Positions 11,561 to 25,259 of a DNA stretch of 64,000 bases are shown here, one piece after another. The first letter of the stretch is position 1; each line of letters opens with the position of its first letter. This DNA comes from Psammoneis japonica (taxonomy: Eukaryota): the NCBI GenBank assembly GCA_008632985.1, contig QPGO01000005.1, positions 517,607 to 581,606 on the forward strand. Direction: 5' to 3'. The position numbers were made by a program, and so were the translations under genes. Below the pieces are notes generated by a model. It saw nothing but the letters and a program-made list of their open reading frames with translations, was not told the origin of the DNA and did no database searches.

Positions 11561-12109
11561 AGAGACGCTTCAATGCGCACTCGAGTGCAAGAACCAGAAG
11601 GGCAGTGCGCATCCAACTGCATGGAGCTCTTAGATCTGGAGCTCTGAGTTGGCAACTTCATTGCAGTGACACATCTCCGGCAAAAAACTCCAGCGGGCTG
11701 CCTCCCGCGCCTTTGGCGCTTCGGCTTGTGCCCACTGGAGTTTTTTTAGGGTTGTGCCAAACCCTGACCCCACTCTTTTCATGCAGTCTGCCCACATGCC
11801 CCAGTCTTTTGCAGGCAATCCCAGTGTGTCATTGGGACCACCAATGCCCATTTTTTCTCCACTGGAGTTTTGGGCCGAAGACATGTGCGCTTTGCGCGCA
11901 TCGGCATTTTTCAATGGTCACATCCGAGCTGTGATGGCAACGACCATTGAAAATGGCCGATCTTGAAATTTTTAGCTCACGAGAAAAAAATGCCAACCAC
12001 ACTGATGAAGCAAAAAGCGAAAGCTCACATCGTCAAGCTTTGTGGGTTCGCAAGACTCCAGTGAAGTCTTGTCAGTGCTGCAGGCATTTGCACACTCGAA
12101 AACCTTGGT

Positions 12110-12560
12110 GGCAATGATGAAAACAGGTGCGTCAGGAGCGGCTCGACTCCACTCTTCTGGCCACACAATTTTTTGTTTCTTGAGTGCTTGTGTCTTTTTA
12201 ACATAAAACCAAACCCACTTGCGTGCCATGTTCTTGCAGACATCAAAAATGGCCGATTGGACCTCCTCTGTCTTGCAGAGTTTCAAGAAGTTAAGCGCCA
12301 TCAAGAAATGATCCAAGCAAACGTCGTCAGGATCAACCGGGGCCTTTTCAATCTCTGTTGTTTGGAGATCATGAAAAATTTGCTTGTGAACTTCAGGAGT
12401 GGATCCGTGTGGCTTTTTGAATTGTCGGATGTTGCGATCCTTGCCAGACCTCTTTTGGCAAAGCAAGTTGACGCCGTAAAGCTCCAGCCCCTTTCATCAT
12501 TGCACAGCCCAGCTCTCAGTGAAATGCAACAACCAAAAAAGTGGAGGAGTCAACAATGAA
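12110..12560 (-). mobile_element. PIF/Harbinger-like transposase N-terminal remnant
   Basis: HFLMALNFLKLC.TE....IFDVC..MARKWVWFYVKK.QALK..KIVWP...VFII, truncated where the first catalytic Asp (VDG) would follow; family recognised from memory. Confidence 0.6.
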
Positions 12561-12974
12561 ATTGTGGAGAAAGATTCTGCAAACACAGATCACGATGAGC
12601 TTTCGTAAAGGCAACATTGTCGATGTCACTGGTGGGAGACATTGAGGCCAGTGGGGGAAAGTTAAAAAGGTCACATCGCAGAAAGTGAAGGTTTTCTTGA
12701 TCGAAGACGACGACGTCCACTGCATCACGAAAAAGCATTGCAAAAAAGTGGATCCTGATGAGGAAGTGGAAAGGTTGTGCCTCAAGCTCCTCCATGTGGG
12801 AGTTGATGGCAATGGCATCAACCGCCTTGCATCTCATGTGGTCGCAACGTGCAAAGGGCTTGCCAAGAATGGCAAGCCCAAGAGGGCCAGGACTCATGAA
12901 GAAATGGAGGAATGGTTTCTTCTAAATCAGTGCAGTCATCCATCTCAGTGAGTGGCTGATTAATTTGTTTTCTG

Positions 12975-13750
12975 TCAGTGTTTTCTTCCCTTCTGCTTGC
13001 GCTCCTCCTGATGTTTGCACCACTTGATGCACTTGCATTTCCTGAGTTCTTGATGAATGTGCTTCCGGAACACTTCAAGAGCAAACACCTCATGCTCTTC
13101 ATGTGAAACATGGAGCTCTTTGGGCTGCAGAACCTTGTGTCTTTTGTTGTCAATGTCCTTTTTTAAAGAGGCCTCTGCCAAAGATCCCTCCCAACATGGC
13201 TCGCCGAGACAGTTGAATGCCTTCTTCGGGAAGAGGCACCTGTCGTGAGCAAGAGCTGTCTCTTGCACAGAAGATTGGCGATGATCTTCCAAAGCTTTTT
13301 CACCACAGTGCTTCGTGCACTCTTCAAAAAACTTGAAGCTGAAAACAGCAAATTCTGGTCATTGCAAGCAGATGTCGTTGGCACCCATGCCACTGTCGTC
13401 GGCAGGCATCACGTCTTTGTGTGGATCCCGCTTGAGGAGATCTTTTGCAATGCTTCTCCTCCAAAACAAGTTGCTTCATCCACTTCTTTTTCCTTCCAAA
13501 CAAATCCTTTGCTGTGAAGTGTTTCCAACAAATCTGCTTTCTTGTTGGACACGGCAAGTCCATGCTGTTGCAAGAGATCTTTCAGTTCGATGACTTTCAT
13601 CTTTGCAATGCCGCCCAAACGGATCTCCCTTTTCAAAGTTTCTGCTTGGCCATGGGCTTCCTCCTCCTCTCTCTTCCTTGCCTTTTTTTTAGTCTGTTCC
13701 TGTTTCTTCGAGGAGGAGGCGGGTGTTTTCTGACGACTGCTGTGGCCCAT
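12975..13750 (-). mobile_element. Second (DNA-binding) ORF of the Harbinger-like element, with SAP-like motif; frameshifted
   Basis: MKVIELKDLLQQHGLAVSNKKADLLE (SAP-like); GEPCWEGSLAEASLKKD...VFRKHIHQE; adjacent to the transposase remnant. Confidence 0.5.
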
Positions 13751-14864
13751 GGTGCATGTCGTTTCGTGTTTTCTCTTGCGCCGTGCTCCTGGCCTCACCT
13801 CGCCAACCACGACACACGACTCATTCAAAATCGTGCGGGATGGCAACACGATTCAAACAATCGTGCGAGAGTGGTGCCCAGCGCAGCTTGGTCATTCTAA
13901 AAGCCTGCGGTTCGACGCCCAGACTCTCCACCTTGCAAGTTTCCACATGGAAAGGTTTCGTGGAAAGGTTTTCACCTTGGAAATGCCGGAAATGCCATCC
14001 GTTGGATGATGACTTTTCCAATGACACAAATGTGTGTCTTTTCACACACATGCAAAATTCTGGGCAATTGCATTGGATGCAAAAGACATTTTTGGGTCGC
14101 GAAGCATGTCCAAAAAAAAAATCCAATGCACACATTTTGTGCGCAGTTTTTCGCATGCAGTGAGATTTGTGGTCACAACAAATCCTGTGCATCGCGTGCT
14201 TTCCACGCTTTTGAGGCGACTTCCTGGATTGTCTCACAAATGCAAAAACAAAGAAGCAGTGTGCCTGCTCTTTGAACGAAATGCCCTGCAGTCACACATG
14301 CCAGAGAGTGAAGCCAAAAAGAGAAAAGGTGTGACATCAGGGAATTGGCTTGATCCAATTTACACTCCATGTTCAGTCACTCCAGCACAACAAGGGCACC
14401 CTGATGAGTGCAAAGCGGTCTTCTTCTGGGCCCAGATGGGTGGCTCTGTTGTCAAGTTGAGACTCAAGTTTCTCACTGAAATTGTTGACCCCTTTGTTGA
14501 CACTGTCTTTGCTCACATGATCATCACACATCACATGCTCAAATGAGGTTGTCAACACCAGCTGTCCATTTTCAGCAACTGACCAACAGCACATCTGTTC
14601 CTGGAACCTTTGAACCTCGATCATGTGCTGTGCTGTTGATTGTTGATGATGAGTTGAAATTTTGTGCCCATGATGGCCCCAACATGTGACACATCGATGG
14701 AAAGCTGAGAGTCTGCTGATTCGAACAGACTGCAGAACTGAAGAAAATCATTGAGCAGTTGCCAAAAATGCATCGCTCGCTCAAACCAAGCTCACTGTCA
14801 AAAAATGTACAATGACATTTCTAAAATTGCGCGGGAAAAAAGCACTGTCAGATTTGATGCATTT

Positions 14865-15759
14865 TTAGTGACCGTTGGAATGATTTTCCCAGTGCAAGTT
14901 CCACGTGTCATGCACTGGCCCTGCTTCTTTCTTTGCCGCCATCTTTTCGTTCGACTCCTTGTTGTTGGCTTCAAGACAAGCCATGGCATCGGGATGGAGT
15001 TTCCCGCACCCGCCGCCACAATCATCCTTCGCTTGTTTGCGCTCCCGCTTGCCGCCTTTCTTTGTCGGTTTGTTGTCATTGTTCCTCTGCCGTTCCGCTC
15101 TCTTGCCCATTTTCCTTTTCAATTCCGTGTCAACACAGGCTCCATTCGCAAGACGAACCTCCTCCCAACCTTGTGGCACTTTCATCACATCCTGCATGAT
15201 TTGTTGTGGGATGGGGCTGGTTCCTGTCTCTGGATCCCAGGTGCGGCGGCAAGCAGAAACAAGTCGCTTTGGGGTTGACAAGTCAAACTTCTGCTTGTCA
15301 TCTGCTGGGAGCTTTGCCGTAGCCTGCTGGTTGAAATTCACGTTGCAGCGCAGGTCTTGATTGAGACAGTTGTCGAGTGGCATTGCCAACGGGGTGTCAC
15401 CAATTGGACGATGGCCGTGCATTTTTCTCACACTTGGATGGTCGCGATGCAGATCAAGTTCAGGTGAGATCCAGTGCTTGCAAACACCTTCTCTCTTCAT
15501 CCACTCAATTGTGTCCTTTGCTGTCATCAACGACAGAGTGTCATGCCAAAAATGCCAGTTGTCCTCGTGCACCGTCCCTTTGAACGCCTCCTTGCTTGCT
15601 TCGTGCATGTGCTTGACAACGTCGGCAATGCAAACACATCCTGAGAGGGCAACTGACTTGCGCATTTGTTCATCTCTGGTGTTCGGTCCATGCTTTGCAA
15701 GGTGCGGGTCATTGAATTTACGACAATCAATTGCTGCTGGTGTGTCTTCGTCAACAAAG
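14865..15759 (-). mobile_element. DDE transposase (IS630/Tc1-related), C-terminal part, split by the Copia insertion
   Basis: WHFWHDTLSLMTA, PIGDTPLAMPLD motifs; the frame rejoins 27033 onward (QQAADRF / VDEDTP) when 15760-27032 and one TSD are removed. Confidence 0.6.
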
Positions 15760-16106
15760 TGTGACAATGTTCGTGTTTGCATGTTTTTACAACAACATCG
15801 GACCTCCACGATTCAAATCAGAGATCCAAGATTCGAACCCCGTGTGTGATGCTCAGTCTCGAATCCCGCGGAAGCCGAGTCACGAATGCGATGTTTGTTC
15901 CCAGCTTCGCGCTTGTTTGACTTTGCATTTCCTTTAGATGGCAGCTGCATCTGCTCATAAAAACTGCTCACAATCTTTCTAACGTGCTGATTGTCACCTC
16001 TCAACTTTTGGCACAACAAAGTTGCTGATTGATTGTTGCATCGCAATTGCAGCTTTTGGTCACTGAAAGTGCAGACGAATCCTAGAATTCTGGCTACTTT
16101 CCCACA
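15760..16106 (+). repeat. 5' LTR (347 bp)
   Basis: Starts TGTG, ends CACA; 15803-16106 matches 26729-27032 with 13 transitions and no indel. Confidence 0.92.
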
Positions 16107-16181
16107 CGCTTCCTCTGCAAAATCTACAAGTTAAGTCAAATCGATCTCGAGCTCTCGATTCTACTTTACTCTGCTGTTGCC

Positions 16182-17664
16182 ATGGTCACGCAGACACGAA
16201 CCGCGGCTGCTCTAGCTGCCTCTGTTGCAGCTCCCGCTGCTGCACCCGCTGCAGCTCCTGCCACTGCTGCTGCTCCGGCAACAGCACCTGCTCCTGCAGC
16301 CGCTCCAGTTGCTCCTGCACTTCCTCCAGTCGTTCCTCCCGGTGCACCTCCAGGAGGAGGCGGGGGAGGAGGTGGAGGAGGAGGCGGAGGTGGAGTCCCA
16401 CCAGGTGGAACTCCGCCAGGTGGACCACCATTGGCACCTGTGCCACCACTGCCGATCTTCGCATTGACCCCAGGTCAACACCGTCCCAACAACTTCATCG
16501 ACTGCGGCACATCACAAGGCCTGAAGCTTTGGAACGCCGCCACTGCTCCGCTGCCGCACGAGTTTGACGGCGATTCAGAAGGCCTCAAACGGTTTTGTGA
16601 GACGCTCAGTCAACGAGCTGCCAAGGCAGGATGGAGGACAGGGGCAGGGAACACACTTGCCATTCCTGACGCAAATGGCACTCCCAGAGATCTCATCTCC
16701 AAGTGCGGACCACTCACTCTTCAGGATGTAAGAACTCACGCAAACACCTTCACAAATCTGCCTGCGCGACAAGCACAGAACAATGTGCAAATGGCCGAGG
16801 CTGTCTCTCAATCCCTTGTGGAAGAAGCAAGAGACAAGACACCAGCTGAGATTGATTCCTGGCACACTCTTCTTCAAGCTGCTTGCGCAGAAGGCCATCG
16901 TTGACACACGCTCCACCACCAACTGCTTCCGCGAGAACTTGTCAAGCCTGGACACGCACATGGCGGCTGTCAACTCGGACATCGAAGAGTTCAACAAGTG
17001 TGCCAAGCTCAATGTTGACGGACTCCAAGCTAGAGGAGAGCAGTGCGATGACCTTGTCATGAATCTGTTCAAAGGATGCGCCGCAGCTGCTGACGAAGCA
17101 TTCGTCAAGTGCATCATGTTGCACAAGGACAGGTGCGACGACGGCGAGGAATTCACGCCGACGCAAATCATGACGTTGGCACTGAACAAACACACTAACC
17201 TCAAACGCGAGAAGAAGTGGGGAGCACTGTCGCCGGCTGAAGAGCAAATCGTTGCCCTTGCAGCCAAGGTAGACTCCATCAAGGATCAGAATCTTCAGCT
17301 GTCCAAAGCATTGAAGGCCAAGGCTGGTTCAACCAAGGAGAGAAGCACAAGGTCAAGGAAGACCAAGACTGCTCCACGTCAGAAACAGAAGGCGGACGAA
17401 GCCTGGAAGAAAGTCCCACCTGAGGAGGACGCTCCCAAGAAGATGGTCAACAGTCATCAGTGTCATCACAAGCGCGTCAACAATCGCGACTGTCACTGGT
17501 GCCCATGTCACACTGCTTGGGTCATACACTCACCTGATGATCCGGGCAACCAAGGCTGTAGACTCCGCAAGCAACAGTCTGCTCCATCCACAGATGTGTC
17601 AGAAAAGAAAGTCTCCTTCGCAAGTGCCATCTCCACCATCCCAAACGAAGTGGATCAAGAGTGA
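16182..17664 (+). pseudogene. Copia gag (frameshift near 16860)
   Basis: MVTQTR start, Pro/Gly-rich N-terminus, FALTPG, KWGALSPAEEQIVAL, WCPCHTAWVIH..C zinc-knuckle-like motif. Confidence 0.85.
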
Positions 17665-17979
17665 CTGCTCCACAGGTTCACTCTGACACTGCTGCTGTCT
17701 TCACAGATGGCCGTCACTGTGTCAGTGCTCCTGACAGCGGTCGCTGGCATCATGAAATGTGCAGCACCGATCTGGATCATGCTGCTGTTCATGATGCTGT
17801 CCCTTCCTTCAGAAAAGTGTAAGCGCCTGTCACATGCCGCAATGACGCTGGGTGAGTGGGTCATCTCACACATCCTGGCTGAACTGGGCACAAGATGAGT
17901 TAAGACTCACCAGCGACGGCCAACGACGAGGCACTGCGCACGGTGTCACACGTCAACGAGGCCAGGTCACCGCTCCAGA

Positions 17980-20900
17980 GTGGCCACCAAGAAGGCTCAC
18001 TGTGTCATTGCGCGACACAAGACGGTCAGAGCATGCAATTCAACCACTCCATGCCGTCCTGAACGAACGGAGCCCACTTGCGACTCGGACTCATTCGCAA
18101 TCGGCGTCGACTCGCATTCTTCCTGCACCATGTCTAACAACGAGGCACACTTCATTGGTCCTCTTCGCAAATCCAACAAAGCAGTGCTCAGTGTCAAGGG
18201 TCACTTGCGTGCCAAGGGAGAAGGAACAGTGCAGTGGGCAATTGAGGACGACATGGGACGAGTGCATGGCATTAAAATTCGAGACGCACTCTGTGCACCC
18301 GACTTGCCTCATTGTCTGCTCTGCCCTCAGCAATGGAGCCAACAAGCCAATGACCACACGCCAGAGCCTCACAGAACTGCATCTTGGACCAGGGACGACG
18401 GACTGTCACTCATGTGGGATCAACGCAAGTGTCGTCGCCTGATTCCATGGTCCGCCAACTCTAATGTCGCCAAGATGCGCTCCGCACCCGGTCCCAACAA
18501 ATGCCGGACCTTTGCAGCCGCTGTCGAAGAACAAACCGACATCGAAACTATCGAGCACGTGGCCTGTCAAGCTCACATCATACCACCAGACGACGAGAGT
18601 GTTGCGAATGATGACGAGGCTGCAATTGATGCAGACGTCTTCAGAAGTCCATCCGAGACACGTCCTTCCGAGACGCAAGACGCATGCAACACTGCTGATG
18701 AGGAAGCTCCTGTCTCATTTGAGCCAACAGACGGAGCAAGTCGTTCAGACTCAGACGAGGAAAACCCAAGGGATTTCACGACACCGGAGGTGCAGCAGGA
18801 CTTGCCGGAACCCATCAACATCACACCAAATGATGACGCCCTTGCTGCCACAGATGACCAGGGTGAACTGTTGCGTTGGCATTGCCGCCTGGGCCACATG
18901 TCATTCAAAATGACAAAGCCATTGGCCGCCCCAGGCATTCTGCCGAAACGCCTTACAAAGGTGCACAACCCAAAATGTGCCGGCTGCCTGTGTGGTGCCA
19001 TGACGAAACGACCGTGGCGCTCCAAGTCCAAGCGGAACCGACGAATCCACTTGGCAACTTCGCCTGGAGAAGCAGCATCCATCGACCAGCTCGAGAGTCC
19101 CACTCCTGGATTGATCCCACAGCTCAAAGGGAGACCTGCGAAACAAAGGTGTCAAGCAGCGACAATTTTTGTTGATCATTTCAGCGGATTGGGGTGCATG
19201 TGTTTGCAGAAAGGACTCACCTCAGCCGAGACGCTCGACGCCAAGCACGCTTTCGAGGCATTCGCACGCCGGATGCACGTTTGCATTCGACACCACCATG
19301 CCGACAATGGAAGATTTGCTGACAATGCTTTCATGCAAGACGTCAAGAAGCAACAGCAAACAACATCCTGTTGTGGGGTCAATGCCCACTTCCAAAACGG
19401 CATCGCGGAGAAAAGAATGAGGGACCTTCAAGAGCAATCTCGGAAGCAACTCCTGCATGCAAAAGTGAGATGGCCAACAGCCATTGAGTTAAATTTGTGG
19501 CCAAGCGCTCTCAGGAATTCAAATGAGATCAAGAATCACTTGCTGAATCATGAGGATGGCTCTTCTCCATTGGAACGTTTCTCGTCCGTCAAGGTCCAGC
19601 CCAGTCTCAAACAACACCACACCTTTGGCTGTCCCATCTGCGCCTTGCACAACCGGTTGCAGGGAGGAGGCAGAGCACCCAAGTGGGACCCAAGAGCGAG
19701 GTTGGGAATCAATTTGGGACCATCAACAAGACACGCGGGTTCAATTGCCTTGGTTTTGAATTTGCAGACCGGACTCGTGTCGCCGCAATTTCACGTGCAA
19801 TTTGACGACTTCTTTGAGACCGTTTGCCCTTCTGCTGGGAATCCTCCTACGTTCTCACAGTGGCAAGGCATTGCAGGTTTCAGACAACTCAAGACAAGGA
19901 GCACTTTCAACATCTTTGGGAGATCAAGTGACGCACCGGTTGAGGGATCAGTCCCCACCACAACGGAGCCACCTGAGCCGAGTTCGGATGTCCCGTCTCA
20001 GCTGCTGCATCCCACTGATGCGTCCACCACTGATGACTCATTTGACAATGCCCAACCGGGTGATGAAATGCTGCACACGCCTCCAGATGATTCTGACGCA
20101 CCATCTGAGCCACAGCGCACTGTGGGTCAACCCAGTGCCAGCAGGTCTGGCCGACAACGACGCCCGATCGAAAGGATGCGCGAGAGCCAACTGCAACGGG
20201 CTCAAGGCATTGTTTCCTGCAATGCAGAGGCAGAGGCATGTTGTGACGCGATGCACGAGGATGACTGCAAACTGCAGGACGATGTGGACTCACCTGTCTC
20301 TTTTCTGGCGAGCTCGGACCCCGACACCATGTGCTTTGACCAGGCCATGCGTGAACCTGACAGAGACGAGTTTGTCAAAGCCTGTGTCAAGGAGGTCAAT
20401 GATCACATTGAAAGGAAACATTGGATGCTCATTCCAAGAGAGGATGCACCTGACGATGTTGATGTTCTCCCTTTGGCATGGTCTGTGAAGCGCAAAAGAG
20501 ACATCAAGACCCAAGCCGTCTGCAAATGGAAGTCCCGACTCAATGTGCACGGCAGGAAGCAAGAGCATGCTGTCAACTGCTTCCAAACCTGCTCTGCCGT
20601 GGTCTTCTGGTTCACTGTCCGGCTCCCACTGATCATTGCCATTCTCAAGAAGTGGCGCACACGCCAAGTCGACTTCGTTCTGGCGCACCCGCATGCCGAC
20701 ATCGAATGTGACATGTGCATGGAGTCACCTGCAGGAATTGAAACAAAGTGCGGCAATGGCAAGACTCATGTTCTGAAGTTGCTCAAGAACTTGTGTGGAC
20801 AGAAGCAAGCAGGGAGAGTGTGGCAAGAACACTTGCGTGATGGATTGTTGAGGATTGGTTTCGTGCAATCGGCGGTTGATGAGTGCCTGTGTTTTCGTGA

Positions 20901-21489
20901 CAATGTCATTTTTTTTCATTGTGTCGATGACGGCATCTTTGCATCCCCTGACAAGTCTGCCATTTGCAAGGCGATGCAGGACATCAGAGATGAGAATTTT
21001 GACATTGATGATCAAGGCACTCTGGACGACTGTCTCGGTGTCAACGTCGAGACACTGCCAGACGGCAGGGTGAAACTTGCCCAACCTCACCTTGTCAATC
21101 AGATGCTGGAGATGGCCAACATTCCAAACAGACCACCAGACAAGTCCACTCCTGCTCCTTCCTCCAAGATCCTCCACAGGCACATGAGTGAGCCTGCTTT
21201 CCAAGGGAGCTTTCATTGCCGATCCATCATCGGCAAGCTCAATTTTCTGGAGAAGAGCACTCGACCGGATGTCGCTTGCGTGCGCGGTGCACCAAGTCGC
21301 ACGCTTTTCTTCCGATCCCAAGGTTTCTCACGGTGAAGCCGCGCTGTGGCTCTGCAAGTGCCCAAGGTCAACCAGAACTGAAGGTGTTGTGCTGCAGCCC
21401 TCAACGGACAAGTCCCTTGAAGTTCATGCTGACGCGGACTTTGTGGGCAATTGGAACAAGCTGACTGCACCCGATGACGTTGGCACTTC
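17980..21489 (+). pseudogene. Copia pol (PR-IN-RT-start of RH)
   Basis: IGVDSHSS protease site, WHCRLGH...CAGC, HADNG, QNGIAE, RQVDF, LCGQKQ, HCVDD, HADADF; no Tyr found in 1118 aa. Confidence 0.95.
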
Positions 21490-21651
21490 TGCAAGGTCTA
21501 ACGAGACAAAGACTTCAGTGATGACAAAATTGTGAGCGAAAGACCAAGGCAACGAGGGTCGCTTTCAGCGAAGCCCGTTGCAACGGCTTCCGTCACATCT
21601 GACAGGTTCGTCAATGCCACACATCAGAAAAACAAGGTGCGAGACACTGCA
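21490..21651 (-). repeat. 3' LTR of the nested Gypsy (162 bp), with PPT at 21652-21663
   Basis: Minus-strand GGAAGGGAAGAG directly precedes it; ends read TGCA...TGCA; Copia similarity stops at 21489. Confidence 0.65.
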
Positions 21652-21764
21652 CTCTTCCCTTCCATGATTCGAGTGTCGAGAATCATGCGGGACTCAAAAA
21701 AATTTAAATTCCAATGGATGAGGATAGAAGGGAAACCCAAATGTTGGGGAGAAAACCCTTGACC

Positions 21765-24700
21765 TCAGGTGTGATGCGGTGCGACGCGACGCACTTTCAA
21801 TCGTTCTGTCACATGAGGTGTGCGTTGGACCGTGAGCGTGCCGTTGGCGTGCACTTGAACGACAGGATGTGGACCGTGAGCTCGTGGCTCGAGCTTGGTT
21901 GGGTCGACAGCCTTGAGCAGAACTTGCCCGCCAACTTGAAAATCGCAGGATCGGCGTTCAGCGTTGGCTCGATGGAGATTCGCATCAACAATCACTTGTC
22001 GGCGTTCTTGAATGGCAGCAAGATCGGCTAGGACCGGCAAGTCAAGAATCACATCACGTTGAAAAACCACAGCACCGGGTGAAATCTTGAGAGCACGAGA
22101 AACCGCACATCGCATTGCATGCATGGCAGTTGCCAATGCATTGTCCACTGGTTGATTGGCCTGCTCAACATTCTGTGGAGGATGAACATGAAGCAAAGTG
22201 CGTAAGATGTTTCCAACAGTTTGATGCATGTGCTCGCATGCCGCATTGGCTTGTGGATTTCGCGACGCAGTCGGAGCATCTTCCACTCCTGCTCGTTGCA
22301 ATGACATTTGAAAGTCCTCTCCAGTGAACTCTCCACCATTGTCATGGATGCACCGGTTGGGACGAGGATGACGAGACAACCAACAATTTTCAAATTGTTG
22401 AGCAATGTGAGACGAGGTTTTGTTGTCGATGCGAACAAGTTCAGTCACATTCGAAACGGTGTCAATGCAAGTCAAAGCGTTGAACTCGATTTCATGGTTT
22501 TGAATTTCAATTTTCCAGGGACCAATGAGATCAACCGCAACTTCCGTCCATGGCAACAAAGGCGCTTCCCGTTCAGGCAGGTCCCCATGTCCAGGGCCTA
22601 AAGTTTTCAAACGTTGACAATCAGCACAATGAAATCTTTCACAGGATTGACGAAGGGCAGGATGACAAAAATGTGCGCCAACAGTGGGATGCATTCGGTG
22701 CACTCCTGCATGTCCCAAAATCCTGTGATGCCATCGTATGACATCATGCAGCAACGCCGTTGGAACACAAATTTTCCACGCAGTCGAAGGATCATTCGGT
22801 CGAGCACGACAACAAATTACAGGACGCTGATTCACACATTCCACAACGAAGTGTTCTGGACATTGTTGTCGCATGTTGTTCAGCTCCACGTCGACGAATT
22901 GGTGTTCTTGAATTCGTTGCACAGTTGCAGGGTTTTGCATTTCCTCGAGAGAAGGACAGCTCAAAAATGATTCACACAGTTCGGGGTCGTTCACGACAGA
23001 AGAGTAAAATGGAGATGGTTCTTCACGACGATGGGAAAAATGAGACACACGGTTTTGGTCGTCCAGTTCTTCTTCATGCGGCAGCACAGCAGGGTCGATC
23101 ACCTTAAAATCAATCAGCTTGCCCTTGTTGGGAGCACACTTCCCTTCCGCAGGAGGGTCCACATGCGGCAATCTTGAAAAACAATCCGCCAAGAGATTGT
23201 CTTTGCCATCAACGCATTCGAAAGTTGGGGCAAAATCTTCCAAGAAGAGTCGCCACCTAAGAACTCGTTGAGAATTGAGCGCACGAAAGGTGAGATTTTT
23301 ATGATCCGTAAAAACAGTGCAGTCAGCTCCAAATGACATGCTTCGAAATTCTTTGAAACACATTGCCACCGCCAATGATTCTTTTTCAATCGCAGAGCAG
23401 TTCTGTTGTGCTGCGCTGAGTTTCCAGGACCAGTGAGCCACTGGTTTCCCGTCTTGCACAATTGCGGCTCCCATCTGACAGTCCGAAGAGTCAGCACAAA
23501 CATGGAATGGCTTGTTGTGATTCGGGTAGACCCAAAGGGTGTCGTCCAGCATCAAGGTTTTCACATCTTCAAAGGCTCGTTGACATTCAGGGGTCCATTC
23601 CAACTTGCTCTTGCCTGTCAACTTCGTGAGTGGAGCGAGCACGTGTGAGCGACGAGGCCACATGTTGCGACAACAAGTCACCACACCGACAAACGATCGT
23701 AGTTGCGTCACAGTTTTAGGTGGTTGCATTCGCAGCACCGCTTCCACTTTCTTCTTCCATGGTCGGACTCCTGCAGGCGTGAGCCAATGGCCTAAAAAAT
23801 CTGTCTCTTGGACACACCATTCGCACTTGAGTGGGTTAATTTTCAGATTGTTCTCTTCTAGTCTGGACAACAGCTCATCGAGTCGACGCATGTGAGTGTC
23901 AAACGAATCATCAAATTGAGCAATGTCATCGATGTAAGTTTCAACATCGATTCCTTTTGCCACTTTTTCAATGATGGCTTGAGCAATGTCGGGAGAGGTT
24001 TTCAAACCCATGGCTAATCGACAATGTCGAAATTTTCCAAACGGAGCAACAATGGCACACAAATCCTTGGATTCTTCGTCAAGCTCGACATGACAATAAA
24101 ACACAGTGAGGTCCAACTTGGTCAAGCACTTGCATCCCGAGCGTCGGTGAATGACGTCTTGAATGATCGGCAGAGGACAGACCTTTCGTTTGAGTGCCTT
24201 GTTCAACTCTCGAAAATCGGATGCCCATCGAACTCGTCCATCCTTTTTGGGAGTTACAAAAGTTCCGGCTGCCCATTCAGTTGGTCCCACTGGCTCCAGT
24301 GCGCCAATGTTACACAGATGTTGCAGTTCTTTCTTAAAAACGGCTTCATCCCTCTTGGACACTTCGCAAGCCTTAGAATGGAAGGGAACAGCGTTGGGAT
24401 CAACTTCCAAGTGAACAGTCTCATGCGGATGTTTGCCAAGCGTTCCATCAAAGAGGGTTTCATGCTTTTCAAGCACAGCCTGCAGCTCATCACGTTGTTC
24501 TTGAGCCAAGTGAGTTTGAGCTTGCGCCACTTTCGCGGACGACACTTTCTCGCATTTGGCGTCCATCATGAAAGATTGTCCGAAGGCTTCCTCATCGTCT
24601 TCGTCCTCTCCGTCGTCTTCCAGTGTATCCAACCAATTCTGAGCTGAGTTCCAATGATTGGATTGCTTCATTGGGATCGACGTTTCCAACCACTTTGTTG

Positions 24701-25247
24701 TTCCAAATCGAAAATCAAGCACGATTCCGGCTTTCAACAAAAAGTCTTGTCCCAAAATTAAATCACACTTGCATGGGGCATCAAAAACTTGAGCCGCAAT
24801 GCTGTCGACTTGTTTTGACTTGTCAAATTCTGGCAACATCAAGTCCTTCATGACAACGTGTCGGGAGGATTCATGTCGTCCGGCTGCCATCTGAAAGCTC
24901 AACCGTCCTTCATCGTTCATGGTTGGATTCGCTCCCTTCGGCAAAACTCGAGAATGAACAAGAGTGTCAGCACCTCCTGAATCCAATGGCACTCGCAACA
25001 CTCGCTTGCTCTCTTGATTTTGAATGGCACGCGCCACCATCAACGTCGTTGGCACCACATTCAATGGTTTGGGAGTCGCAGTTTTAGGGGTTGGTGCAGC
25101 GTGCTCCAAAACGCCGCCCAATTTTTCTTCATTCACAGCATGAGATTCCATCAGGTCTCCCACATTGTCATCAACATTAAAACACACATTTTCTTCACGA
25201 TCACGCGAAACATAAAAAGATTGAGCGACACACTCTGACTCGGGCAC
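21765..25247 (-). mobile_element. Ty3/Gypsy pol (PR-RT-RH-IN)
   Basis: LDSG protease, PKKDGRVR..DFRELNK, YIDD, KCEW...FLGH, ADSS, TDHKNL, VDLIG, HDNGGEF, PQANA. Confidence 0.95.
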
Positions 25248-25259
25248 TTCCGTCCCTTG

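Noticed and set aside
17980..21336. Alternative genetic code (CAY/TGY read as Tyr)
   Set aside because: Neighbouring host genes use the standard code; Leu, Val, Ile and Thr codons and non-coding TpA are changed too.
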